Positions 45,938 to 58,159 of a stretch of 64,000 nucleotides of DNA are shown piece after piece. The position numbers and the translations under genes are program-made. Under the pieces are notes generated by a model. The model saw nothing but the letters and a program-made list of their open reading frames with translations. It made no database searches and was not told where the DNA came from. The DNA comes from Octopus vulgaris (lineage: Eukaryota), in the NCBI GenBank assembly GCA_951406725.2, contig OX597820.1, positions 108,934,001 to 108,998,000 of the forward strand. The letters are read 5' to 3'. Position 1 is the first letter of the stretch, and each line of letters opens with the position of its first letter.

Positions 45938-46262
45938 TTAAAAAATGGCACTGTCGCTTACAACGATGAGGATCCTGTTTATCTGATCAACGGAACAGTC
46001 TACTAGTAAAATTAATACGCAAGTGGCTGAGTACACCACAGACATAACACAGTTCTCAGGGGGAGATTCAGCCTCATACAGAATGTGACAAGGCTGGCCC
46101 TTTGAATTACAGCTACAACTCATTTTTGCCAGCGGAGTGGACTGCAGTAAGGTGGCACACGCACAGTATCTTGCTCAAGAACACAGCAAGCCACAAGGAA
46201 TCGTACTAATGACTTTATGATTGTGGGCCAAACACCCCTAACCACTGAACCACACACCTTCA
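45938..46262 (-). mobile_element. Second tRNA-derived SINE family (partial copy also at 45520-45625)
   Basis: Shared caagtggctgagtac...gacaaggctgg...tgagtggactg body; decayed tRNA-like head at ~46260. Confidence 0.65.
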
Positions 46263-46412
46263 CTCTCTTAACTGTAGAGAAAAGGAGTAAAATGATAGAG
46301 ACAGAGAAAGGAATGCATCAGTCATTTACAATGACAATTAGACTGAAATACAATTGATCTTTTCTAGTACCTTTACTTTTAACAATGAAGTGGGAAAGAC
46401 ATTTAGTAATAA

Positions 46413-48084
46413 CTAGCAGTATAACCCGGCCTTGCCAGGGATTAAGTTACGATTATTAAGTTAATCAAGTTCTTTATTTCAAACCAAACTAAGTAATATA
46501 GACGTCAAATTTGGGCGAAATCCGTTGAAATTAGTTATATTATATATATATATCATCATCATCATCATCATCGTTTAGCGTCCGCTTTCCATGCTAGCAT
46601 GGGTTGGACAGTTCTACTGGGGTCTGTGAAGCCAGAAGGCTTCATCAGGCCCAGTCAAATCTGGCAGTGTTTCTACGGCTGGATGCCCTTCCTAACGCCA
46701 ACCACTCCGTGAGTGTAGTGGGTGCTTTTTACGTGCCACCCGCACAGGTGCCAGACAGAGCTGGCAAACGGCCACGAACGGATGGTGCTTTTTATGTGCC
46801 ACCGGCACAGAGGCCAGGCGAGGCTGGCAACGGACACGAAACGGGGCGGTGCTGGCAACGGTCGCGAAACGGAAGGTTCTCTTACATGCCACCGGCACTG
46901 GTAACACATCTGCAATTTCCATTGATCGATTTCCATTCTGATCCTCACTTGCCTCAACGGGTCTTCACAAGTAGAGTTTCGACATGCCACCGGCACTGGT
47001 AACACATCTGCAATTTCCATTGATCGATTTCGATTCTGATCCTCACTTGCCTCAACAGGTCTTCAAAAGTAGAGTTTTGTGTCCCAAGAAGGGAAGGTAT
47101 GCATACGTAGGCTGGCTCCATCCCATGTAGAAGGCCACGGGTTATGGACTCACTTGTCCTGCCGGGTCTTCTCACGCACAGCACACTTCCAGAGGTCTCG
47201 GTCTCTAGTCATTTCCTCATTGAGACCTAAAGTTCGAAGGTCGTGCTTCACCACCTCGTCCCAGGTTTTCCTGGGTCTGCCTCTTCCACAGGTTCCCTCA
47301 ACCGCTAGGGTGTGGCACTTTTTCACTTTTCAAAAGAAATACAAACCTTTTTTGAAACTTATAATAATGTAAAAAGAGTACAAACTGTAATATCAGTAGA
47401 CAATCTTAATTTTTATGACTATTATTTACAATAAATGTTTGGTATATTAAATAATTTACATATTCTAAATAAAATTAGATTCTGTAAATTATTAGATATG
47501 AAATAAAAATTCACTATATATATATATATATAATATAAATATATATGGGTAACAGACACGAACACACATACACACACATACGTACGTACACCTATTGCAT
47601 GTTTTGTGCACGTATACAAGTTCATGAACAGAAATGAATGGAAAAAATGTTGTTAAATTTGTAGATTAACACTCGCACGATTTTCACTAAAGTATATATA
47701 CTATGATTATAAAATATAGTGTCTTTCAAAAAACATTTTACATTTTATTTTTTATGAACGTCATAACTTTCTCTCTCTCTCTCCCTCTCTCAATTTGTCT
47801 TTCCCATGAAACTCTCTGCCTCCTTCTTCCACTTTTCTTTATCTTTTTTTTTTTTAGACGACGTTAAAAAAGCCATGGCTGATATTTTTCGTGGCTAAAA
47901 GCTATGTCTGAAAATAGATATTTACGCTACACACGGGTGCCTCGGGGAAAAAAATAAGTTCACAAAACCCAGATAGGGTGTTGAAAAATGTCCTCCTAAA
48001 ATTTGAGCGACATGCATGCTAATTTGTGGACGTGCATAAATTACAATCACGTACACACACACATCATCCCTTTTATAGATATGA
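46413..48084 (-). mobile_element. Non-autonomous Helitron interrupted by an RTE tail
   Basis: CTAG plus hairpin (cccggccttgccaggg) at 46413-46440; 5' TCATATCTATAAAA-like end at 48084. Confidence 0.6.
46553..47325 (-). mobile_element. Young RTE 3' fragment
   Basis: Matches 53095-53836; (cat)n tail; internal ~98 bp duplication (46885/46983). Confidence 0.9.
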
Positions 48085-48608
48085 TGAATAGAGGGAAAGT
48101 CATTCAGGTGTTTACGTTTTCATCCCAGATCTAGAATGATCGACTGTTAGTTCTCCCCCCCCACCCGTTACTAATTTGCCCTCTTTCATAGTTCTTCATG
48201 TCTTTTAGTTAGGGGGAAAGATCATGTTTTTTTTTTTTTCCAGGCATGTTTAATGTTTTCTCTACAAGCTACAAACAAGGCTCCCCCCTCACTTCTTTTT
48301 TCATAAAAAACTAATGCAAATTTTGAACAGTGTATAACTGAAAAGAGCCCAGAAAAGGGGTAATGCCCACTACAAAATGGGTGGAAGAGAAAAGTTACCA
48401 ACAGGTGGCTACATGAAATTCAACTATATAGTTTAAAGAGGTTCTACTACTATAACCTCAGGCCAACCAAAGCCTCGTGAGAGGGTTTCATAGATGGAAA
48501 CTGAAAGACGCCCGTCATATAACTCCAAGAAAGTTAGGGGCTGTGAATCCAATCTACTGAGGGATAATATTTATCCAATATACTGCTGGTAGAATACCCA
48601 ATTATTAA

Positions 48609-49862
48609 CCCTTTCGTTACTATATTTCTGACCAAAACACACCCCTCATGAGCTTCAATTAAATTCTAAAATAATCATGAATTTAGACTAGTTTCATTAA
48701 ACAACTGTAACTTTTTTACTTATCAACATATTAATGTGATATTTGGAACATAATTAAAGAAAGGGTTCTTAATCAATTCTATTGCATAACTTTTGTCTCA
48801 AAGTGACTTTAATTACAGGTAAATCCAGGTAAACTGAGCAAAAGGTAATAATATTAAAATTTTGTTTAAACATCACCATAGAAAATGAATCATCAGCTAA
48901 TATTCAATTGGGTATGCAACAAAATTTTGATATAGAAGAATTATGCACATCACTAGATCAATTTAATGCACAACAGAACAGGTGTTACCACAAAGATGAA
49001 ATAAACTGAAATACTGGAATCCACCTAAATCCATTGCAAGTTTGACCAAACTAAAGAAATCGGTCAAAAAATATTATACGGCCTTGATTATGGTATGGAA
49101 GTAATAAATTCCAGACCACATTGTACCCTAGGCCTTGCTGACTAACATTATTTTCCCTGTATAAAAACTATATCCACAGCAGTACCCAGTATTTGCTTCA
49201 CAAATTTTCCAAACTTTGATCCCCCATTTTGGGTTTGTTTACATTCTGTGTAAGTTTGTTTGATCACTTCAAAACAAGCATACTGAAAAAAAATGAAAGT
49301 CTAATGGTTTCGCTTCCTAAGAAAGACTACAGATAAACTCTATCTCCTCAGAAAAATTGCTAATAAAAGCATTTTTAAAGTTTTTACTTCATTCCGATGT
49401 AAAATCGTCTTTGCTGTCACTATTGCCGCTTTGTTTCTTCAGAATCGCTGCTTTCGGTTTTGGATACAGAAATATCTTATTCATTATTGTACACCATCTG
49501 CTTTTGTACCCCATTCATTCTTTTTCTCAATATCTCCCTATTTTCCGTCGAAAAAGCTTTAAATTCGGAATCAATGCTTAATATCATGAAACTCCTATCC
49601 ATTTTCAAAGTTGAAGAAAAATTGATGCCGAAAAAATGTGGAAAAAAATCTCTCAAAATTCACTGAGTTCAGATATCACGTCAAGCAATGTCGGATACTC
49701 TAACCCAACTATTTACAAAGTGAAATCATGTATTTTCACAAGCGTACTAACAAGATTTGTGCTTAAATTCACATTTAAATAACAATGGGTACTTTCGGCT
49801 GGGTTGGTCTTATGAACCAAAAAATTTTTCGGCCGGCTATGGCCAGGTTAGTACCGAAAGGG
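48609..49862 (-). mobile_element. Complete non-autonomous piggyBac element (1254 bp)
   Basis: TTAA at 48605-48608 and 49863-49866; TIR CCCTTTCG(T/G)TACTA; deleted transposase remnant; inverted copy of 32199-33263. Confidence 0.95.
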
Positions 49863-49866
49863 TTAA

Positions 49867-50470
49867 CAAACAGGACTTTACCATCCTGAAAAACTTCTTT
49901 ACCAGGACCTAACCACTACTCCTTTCATTCTCTTTTGTAAAACACATCACCATTTTCATACATCTGTTCTGCTGCTCTCACTCAAAGCCCACCTAATCCT
50001 TTCACTTGCTTCTGTTTGTATGAATGCCTTCCATGCCTCATGCAGAGCATTCAGATGTTTGAAAAAGGTTTTGCTGGTTGTGCTACCCTCTAAAGCTGGT
50101 AACTCTGCTTGCATTATATTTGGTACATTTCGGTTCTTGCTGAATACCAACTTGTGTTTACTGAAACCATTTGACATTTGTAATGACTTCTTTGCCATGT
50201 TGGTCCAAGCCAATAAAGTCCACTTCTGAATTGTCTGCTGCTAGCTTCTACATCATATTAGTGATGGCATGAACATGCTCACACAAACCATTCTGAAACG
50301 GATTCATTCCAGCCATGGTTCAAACACATATTTAGGATTGAAGTAATCTCCTGCATTTCCTCACAGTTGAACTCTCCTTCATTATCTATCGTCAGTACCC
50401 CCATGACTCCAAAAATGCCAATAGAGTTTTTCATCAAAGCATTAATCACATCACTAGGCAATAAAAACTG
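49867..50470 (-). mobile_element. LTR-retrotransposon integrase remnant
   Basis: DNEGEF...FQNGLCE...AW.NMAK.SL...GFS...LVF...LPALE...HLNALHEA.KAF...ERIR.AL...WLGPGK.VFQDGK. Confidence 0.75.
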
Positions 50471-51039
50471 ATATCCCTCTTCGGGGATATCACACTCAGC
50501 GAAACTGTATAGTGTGACCATTAATTTAAGGATGCGGCCTGTAACTTATGGAAACTCATATTGCATAGTTTTAAATTATTAACAATTTAAGACTACACTT
50601 CCTTCTTATCTCAGTGACCACCTGCATTTCAGTTAAGAACAAAGTATACAGTTAACAATTTGAAAAGCTATCATCACGTTAAACATACACACGTATATAT
50701 AATGTACATAATGTGAGTATGTGTATGTGTTTCTATCATCAATAAGAAAACAATCACCAAATAGTAACAGTAATAAGTAGTATGAAGTGGATAAGCAAAT
50801 CCATTTCAGATAAAAATATATAATGTGGTATCCTAGTGTATTTTAAAAGTTGAAGGAAATGTTTTTGATCACTGGTCTATGAGGATTGACTTGGAACTAC
50901 ACAGCTGCAACAATACAATTAGCAAGAACAATATAACACCAACAATACCCGCACACCATCACAAACATCTAAACCATGGCATTTCATATCATCATCACTA
51001 ATTGTTGTGGATAATTAATCGCTGCTGCTCTTGGATTTG

Positions 51040-54000
51040 CTTTCAATTTAAGATATCTGGAAAGAAGCAATCAAGTAGAACCGAAGGCCGTAGTGTAAAA
51101 AGGAACTCTAAAAGGATTACACTGGATCTTTCAGAAAGACTTGATGCAGAAGAAAAACTAAGTTATATTGCCAAATCATTAAATCTTGCAGTGTCTACAG
51201 TGAGAACAATACAACAGAGAGAAAATTATAAGTGTTTAAGAAGCTACTCTGTTAACTGTCCAGACCTTTCTTTTCCATAGATCCAATATGGTGCTTAAAA
51301 TTGAAAAACTTTTTAGTGTATGGATTGAGGATCAGAATCAGTGTAACATGCTGATAAACACAACAGTAATTCAAAAATTACTTGTCAGTCATGAGTGTGC
51401 ATGCACGCGATGTGGACAGCCTTCCTGATCTTTGTTCGTGAAGCCGAGCCATGAATTCAAACATAAGGTCTAAGTTTATATGATGATTTGTCAAAAAAAA
51501 AGGTGGAACTTCTAACGAAAAATCCTTTTTGGTTAATAAAGGCTAGTTTGAAATGTTTAAGAAGCACATGAATTTGCACAATATAAAAATGACTGGTTAA
51601 ACTGCAAATGTCGATACAGAGACTACTACTAATTATCCTGAGCAATGGAAGAAAATGATTGCTGAAGGGGATTGCACATCAAAGCAAGTACACAATGTTG
51701 ATGAAACTGCACTTTTCTGGAAGTGCATGTCCATTAGAACTTTATTTCTTAAGGAAAATCAACACCATGGTTTAGAACTTCTAAAACTCATTTGGGAGGA
51801 AATGCTGCTGGTGATATGGAATTCAAGCCCCTACATGTGCATCACTCTGAAAATTCAAGGGCTTTGAAGGGTTACACAAAGTTTAATTTACCTCTGATTT
51901 GCCAGTCAAATAAAAAGGCATGGACAACTAGGAGCCTTGTCAAAGAGTGGTTTTCAAACTTTTTTTGAAACATTTGTAAACATTTTAAAAAGGTATAGTG
52001 GAAGGGACACTGTAAGACACAATATTTGCAACAAAGCATTGCTTTTTTTTTTTTTTCAATCAATGCCTTTGACAGGGTCCCCCGATCCCTTATCTGGTGG
52101 TCAATGAGGAAACTAGGGATAGATGAATGGTTAGTGAGAGCTGTGCGAGCCATGTACAGAGACGCTGCTAGTAAGGTGAGGGTTGGCAACGAGTACAGTG
52201 AAGAATTCCGGGTAGAGGTTGGGGTCCACCAAGGTTCAGTCCTCAGTCCCCTCCGATTTATCATAGTCCTCCAGGCAATAACGGAGGAATTCAAGACAGG
52301 ATGCCCCTGAGAGCTCCTCTATGCTGATGACCTTGCTCTAATTGCTGAGTCACTATCAGAACTGGAGGAGAAGTTTCAGGTGTGGAAGCAAGGATTAGAA
52401 TCAAAGGGCCTTAGAATCAACCTAGCCAAAACCAAAGTCCTAATAAGTAGGAAGGTAAACCAATCACAAACGCCTTCAGGTAGATGGCTCTGCTCAATCT
52501 GTAAAACAGGTGTAGGTAGAAACTCTATAAGGTGCACCAAGTGTAAGCTATGGACACATAAGAGGTGCAGCAATGTCAAAGGAAGGCTAACTAGGAAAAT
52601 AGTTTTTGTCTGTGGCAGATGCTCAGGAGCAATAAACACTGAAAATGTGCAGAGACCACGTTCCAGGGAGAAAAACTAGAAGTAGTTGATAGCTTCTGTT
52701 ACCTAGGTGACCAAGTCACTAGCGGAGGTGGGTGTGCTGAAGGTGTAACTGCTAGAGTAAGAATAGTTTGGGCAAAGTTTAGAGAGCTCTTACCCCTGCT
52801 GGTGACAAAAGGCCTCTCGCTCAGAGTAAAAGGCAGACTGTATGATGCATGTGTACGTACAGCCATGCTACATGGTAGTGAAACATGGGCTGTGACTGCT
52901 GAGGATATGCGTAAGCTTGCAAGAAATGAAGCCAGTATGCTCCGATGGATGTGTAATGTCAGTATTCATAATCAACAGAGTGTAAGTACCTTGAGAGAAA
53001 AGTTGGACCTAAGAAGCATCAGTTGTGGTGTGCAAGAGAGACGTTTGCGCTGGTATGGTCATGTGACGAGAATGGCTGAAGATACTTGTGTGCAAAAGTG
53101 CCACACCCTAGCAGCTGAGGGAACCTGTGGAAGAGGTAGACCCAGGAAAACCTGGGACGAGGTGGTGAAGCACGACCTCCGAACTTTAGGTCTCACCAAG
53201 GAAATGACTAGAGACCGAGACCTATGGAAGTATGCTGTGCGTGAGAAGACCCGGCAAGACTAGTGAGACCATAACCCGTGGCCTCTACCTGGTATGTAGC
53301 CAGTCGACTTATACATACCTTTCCTTCTTGGGACACAAAACTCCACTTGTGAAGACCCGTTGAGGCAAATGAAAATCAAACCAAATCAAATCAGATATCA
53401 GAAAGCAGAACCAAAATCGAAATCAATCAACATCAATGGAAATTGCGGCTGTGATACCAGTGCCAGTGACAAGTAAGCAAACCATCCGATCGTGGCCGTT
53501 GCCAGCGCCGCCCCGACTGGCCTCTGTGCCGATGACACGTAAAAAGCACCATACGATCGTAGCCGTTGCCAGCCTCGCCTGGCCCCCGTGCCGGTGGCAC
53601 GTAAAAAGCACTATCCATCCGTGGCTGTATGCCAGCTCCGTCTGGCACTTGTGTGGGTGGCACGTAAAAAGCACCCACTACACTCACGGAGTGGTTGGCG
53701 TTAGGAAGGGCATCCAGCCGTAGAAACACTGCCAGATTTGACTGGGCCTGATGAAGCCTTCTGGCTTCACAGACCCCAGTTGAACCGTCCAACCCATGCT
53801 AGCATGGAAAGCGGACGCTAAATGACAATGATGATGAATGCACAGAACCACCCAGCTGACTTTTCTGATAATGTGAGTTGAATATATCTCCAAGAATACA
53901 ACTTCTTTGCTCCAGCCAATAGATGAAGGTGTGATAGCTAACTTCAATACATATTATGAGAAGAACTTTCAAACAACTTATGAAAGCAATTGACAGTAGG

Positions 54001-54145
54001 AATAAACCTACAGTTAAGAGATTTCTGAAAGAAATTCTATGTAATGGATGCTGTGTGTAATATAGTTGAATCTTGTCATGAAATAAAGCCTTCAACTTTA
54101 AATAATTCTTGGAAAAGTATAAGGCTGCATTGTATTCATGACAAA
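51040..54145 (+). mobile_element. Tigger/pogo (CENP-B-like) transposase remnant split by an RTE
   Basis: IAKSLNLAVSTVRTI (HTH), VWIEDQ, NVDETALFWK, GNAAGD, NKKAW, NAQNHP, NTTSLLQPIDEGVIANF. Confidence 0.85.
52067..53836 (+). mobile_element. 5'-truncated young RTE LINE with complete 3' UTR and 5-bp TSD
   Basis: RT motifs FDRVPR...GVHQGSVLSP...YADDL...; (atg)n tail; AATGC at 52062-52066 and 53837-53841. Confidence 0.93.
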
Positions 54146-55150
54146 CTATCTGCTACTTCTAAGGATCCCTCTGGACATTTGAGGAAGGTAAATTCTGTAA
54201 ATTGTACCTGCACATCTGCTACACACAAAGACTACGTTCTCTGTTAACCTTCCCTTGATACTGCTGCACCTCGTGTGTCCATAGCTTGCACTACGTACAT
54301 CATATGGAGTTTCTAATATCCTTTCTACATAACAAACAGGGCCATCTCCCAGAAGGGATTTGCAATTCATCTATTTTCCTACCTATTAGGACTTTGGTCT
54401 TTGCTAAATTAACACTAAGGTCCTCTGATTCAAGACCTTGCTTCCACACCTGAAATTCCCTCTCTAGTTTAGGTCGTCATTCAAATATAGGAACAAGCTC
54501 ATCAGCATAGAGGTGCTTCCAAGGGCAGGCAATCTTAAATTTCTGTTTTTGGCTTGGAGGACTATGATAAACAAGAGGGGAGTGAGAAGCAATCCTTGGT
54601 GAACTCCTACTTGTACACTAAATTCATTGCTATTTTCATTGCCAACCTTCATCATACTGACAACATCCTTGTATGTGGCTTATAGCTCACACCAACTGCT
54701 CATTAATCCCTAATGTCTGGATTGACCACCAGATAAGGAATTGAGACACCCTATCAAAGGCTTTCTCCATGTCAACAAAAGCCAGTTACTGCAGTCTATG
54801 TTTGGCCAAATGCTTCTCTTGCAGTTGCCTTATTAGGAAGGTAGTACAAGTTTTGCTTCTCTCTGGCAGAAAACCAAACTGCATCTCACCTTGGTTTACT
54901 CTCCTCCTAATTATTTGAGCTAGGACCCTCTCTGCAACTTTCACCACTTGGTCCAGTAGTTTGATACCTCTGTAATTATTTCTGTCTAAGGTATCACCTT
55001 TACCTTTGTTGCAGTTAACTATAATGCTGCTACACCAGTCATTGGATATGATTCCCTTGTGGATAACCTAATTAACTATACGAGTGACTCAGCCATATCC
55101 CACTCTGCCAGATATTGTAAACCTCTCAGCAGAATCACTAATTGTAAGTG
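54146..55150 (-). mobile_element. Old RTE RT fragment
   Basis: VGVHQG...PLLFIIVLQA and other decayed RT motifs. Confidence 0.8.
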
Positions 55151-55339
55151 AACCATTAGAATTTATTATTTTCATGCATAAAGGTGATCATGGTGCTTGT
55201 TCTCTGGGTGGGGGGTTGTGCTTGCTTTCTTCGAAAAAGTCTGTAGGAACACAACCTGACTTGATAATATGAAAATGGAGAGAAAAATTAATTTTGTGCT
55301 ACAGCAAAATTTTCAGGAATGCATTACTTCTGTAAGTGA

Positions 55340-56900
55340 GAGATTCCTGTTATTACATGCATAACAAATTACTTGACCAAATCATGAAAGTTACAGAAAG
55401 ATTTATAGCTCAACTAATTAGGGAGATAGTTAACCAAGATAATATGCAGTTTGGTTTTCTGCCAGAGAGAAGAATTACTGATACTTTCTTTCTAGTAAGG
55501 CAATTTCAGAAGTAGATAACCAAAAATAAATCATTGTACTTGGCATTTGTCAACTTGGAGAAATCCTTTGATGGGATCCCTTGCTCCCTCAACAGTAACA
55601 AATTTAGTGTGTAAGTATAAGTTCACCAGGGCTTGGTTCTCAGTCCCTTCCTGTTTATCATTGTCCATTAAGTCATAACAGAAAAGTTTAACCTTTTAGT
55701 ATTGATTACTCTGTCAAACCTAATGCTTCTTTATTTAAATTGTTTTGAATCAATATGCATTATCTCATAGCTTCAAGGTTTCGACGATGTGACTATATAT
55801 TTGAATGACATTGTACCATAGGTGTGAGGGACAGAATCTGGCTGATTTGAGCATAAAACCAAGAAAGTTTGGGCTTGATATGGCCAGTTTAATGATGAAG
55901 GGTTAAGACTAATTGTTCATGAGTGCTTCTTCATAATGATGACCTTATTCATATGGCTGAAACGGCAGTAGAATTAGAAACGAAATTCCAGGTATGGAAA
56001 TAAGATCAATAATCAAAGAGCCTTAAAAGTCAACTTAGCAAAATCCAAAGTTCTAGTAAGTAAGAAAACAGATAAACCACAAATCCCTTCAGGAAAATAG
56101 CTCATATATATATATATATATATATATATCACATGACCAAAACAGCAGTTTTTTCTCTTGCGTACTACATCTACATCATACAGTAGGAAAAGTGTAGGTA
56201 GAAATTCCATATGGTGTACTCAGTGAAAAATATGGACACATACGAAGAAGAGTGGAATCAAAAGAAGATTAACAGAGAAAGTGAACTCAGTATCAGATGT
56301 GCAATGACAAAAGGTCACTCCCTCAGAGTGAAGGGCAGATTATATGATGCTTGAGTACTAACAGCTGTACTACATACTAGTGAAATGTGGGCTGTGAATG
56401 CAAAGTATATGCTAAAGCTTCAAAGAAACGAAATTAGTATGTTCTACTAGATGTGCAACATCAGTGTGTGTATACAACAAAGTGCAAATATATTGAGAGA
56501 AAAACTGAGCATAAGAGGAATTAGATGTCATGTGCAAGACCGCTGATTTGGTCATATGATAGATATATATCAGGACAGTTGCATAAAGGGAGATCCAGGA
56601 AGATATAGGATGAAGTGGTGAAGAATGATGTCTGGATGTTGAGTCTTTCCAAGGTGACAAATGACAGAGATGATTGGCAATTTACTGTGCCTCTAAGCAA
56701 AAGATGAGGCCTAAAGGCATGTCGTTTACATTTATGTCCCTGCATACAATCTGTCTCTGATGAATCTCTTCCTAACACCCACCTCACTCCACCATTGTTC
56801 ATCACTGTCCATCAATGATGCAATGGTGTAGTTCTTTGGCATGCTAGTTTTTATCAAACCATGCAACCCATGCCAACATGGAAAGATAGATGTTAAATGG
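55340..56900 (+). mobile_element. Old RTE fragment
   Basis: MQFGFLP...AFVNLEKSFD...DDL...LRVKGRLYDA, with decayed 3' tail. Confidence 0.8.
55692..55902. mobile_element. piggyBac-type MITE (211 bp) inserted in the RTE
   Basis: TTAA at 55688-55691 and 55903-55906; ends CCTTTTAGTATT / AATGATGAAGGG; removing it restores the RTE ITEKFKT motif. Confidence 0.8.
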
Positions 56901-57014
56901 TGATAATATATATACCTATAAATACACACCCACAAACTAAAAACATCAGAATTACTGAAAAGTTTCTTAAGTTCAATAACAAGGAATAAAACAAATATTA
57001 AAATTTGGCCTTAC

Positions 57015-57166
57015 CATGATCACTTTGGTTTATGCAATGATCAACCTCACATTGGTCATCTTTTAAAGAGTTTATACATATTGCTTTACCTAAATAGTTT
57101 TCTGATAACAAAGACACTGCCTTTCCAATTTCAGACCAGTCTTTAAGTTGTACAATGGCAGCTCCA
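57015..57166 (-). CDS. RRM protein, exon D: (P)GAAIVQLKDWSEIGKAVSLLSENYLGKAICINSLKDDQCEVDHCINQSDH
   Basis: cttcttttcAG acceptor, G|GTAAGG donor; 152 bp, phase 2 to 1, open. Confidence 0.85.
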
Positions 57167-57687
57167 CTGAAAAGAAGATGATGTCATTCAGCTTTCTTAC
57201 TTCTGCAATTTCCTCACCTACTCCTCTATATCAACATTTGTTTTTCAAATTTAGATATTTAAATATAGTTAGATCTAGTATTTTGAAGGAACGGGGATGC
57301 AATAAATGAGGCACAAAAAAAAAAAAGTTCAAAAGTTGTTAATTCTGCAAGAGTGCATTCTCTTATCTACTCTCCAGGGACTTTGGGAAGGAGAGAAAAT
57401 AGTTCAAGTTCAGTGAAGAGTAAATGGTGGTACTGCATTAGAAGATTGTAACTACTTCCAGAAGACTTACAATGAATGCCTGCAACAGAGCAGATGCCAC
57501 TAAGTGTACTCAAACATCATGTGGTTGAGTGAATGTTTGCAACTAAGAAAATGCCACAAAAGGCATTCAAGGAACACAAGATGGTGTCGAAGTGGACAGC
57601 ACCCTCAAAAGTGTGCCAAGTTTGTTATGTGCCCCCCCCCACCCCCAGAAATGAAGATAAATAAACACAAAATTTAAAGTTACTTAC

Positions 57688-57793
57688 GGCTTTAGTGTCT
57701 TATGTTTCTTTAATTTTATTTTATTTTCACTGAACAAAGTTTTTATGCTACTGGCTTCAACAGACTCTGGAAGACTCTCAATAAACAAAATAC
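57688..57793 (-). CDS. RRM protein, exon C: (G)ILFIESLPESVEASSIKTLFSENKIKLKKHKTLK (RNP2 of first RRM)
   Basis: tttatttAG acceptor, GTAAGT donor; 106 bp, phase 1 to 2. Confidence 0.85.
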
Positions 57794-58159
57794 CTAAATA
57801 AACACATATATGAATAATTAAATTAGAACTTTAATAATAAAATAAGTAAAACAATAAAACTATTGTGAATGAAAGCAACAAGTAGTTAACATTTACAGAT
57901 CTCCAATAGTTTTTACAAAAAGTTTAAAACAAACACGCACACACATACATGTATGTGTTTTTTATTTAAACTTTATACATATATGTATAATAGAAACAGA
58001 AAATCTTCAGTATAGTGTGTTCATCCATATTTTGTTTTGTAAAAATTAATGAATTTTCTGATAATTGTTTTCCACTAAAATGATTAGATGATTCTAACAA
58101 TCTTTCTTCCAGTGATCAATTTTATATTATTTATCTATGTATATATATAACAAAAATAC

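Noticed and set aside
32199-49862. One 17 kb transposon with 1 kb terminal inverted repeats
   Set aside because: The right copy is a complete element with its own TTAA pair, the left copy lacks its outer end, and the interior holds host exons.
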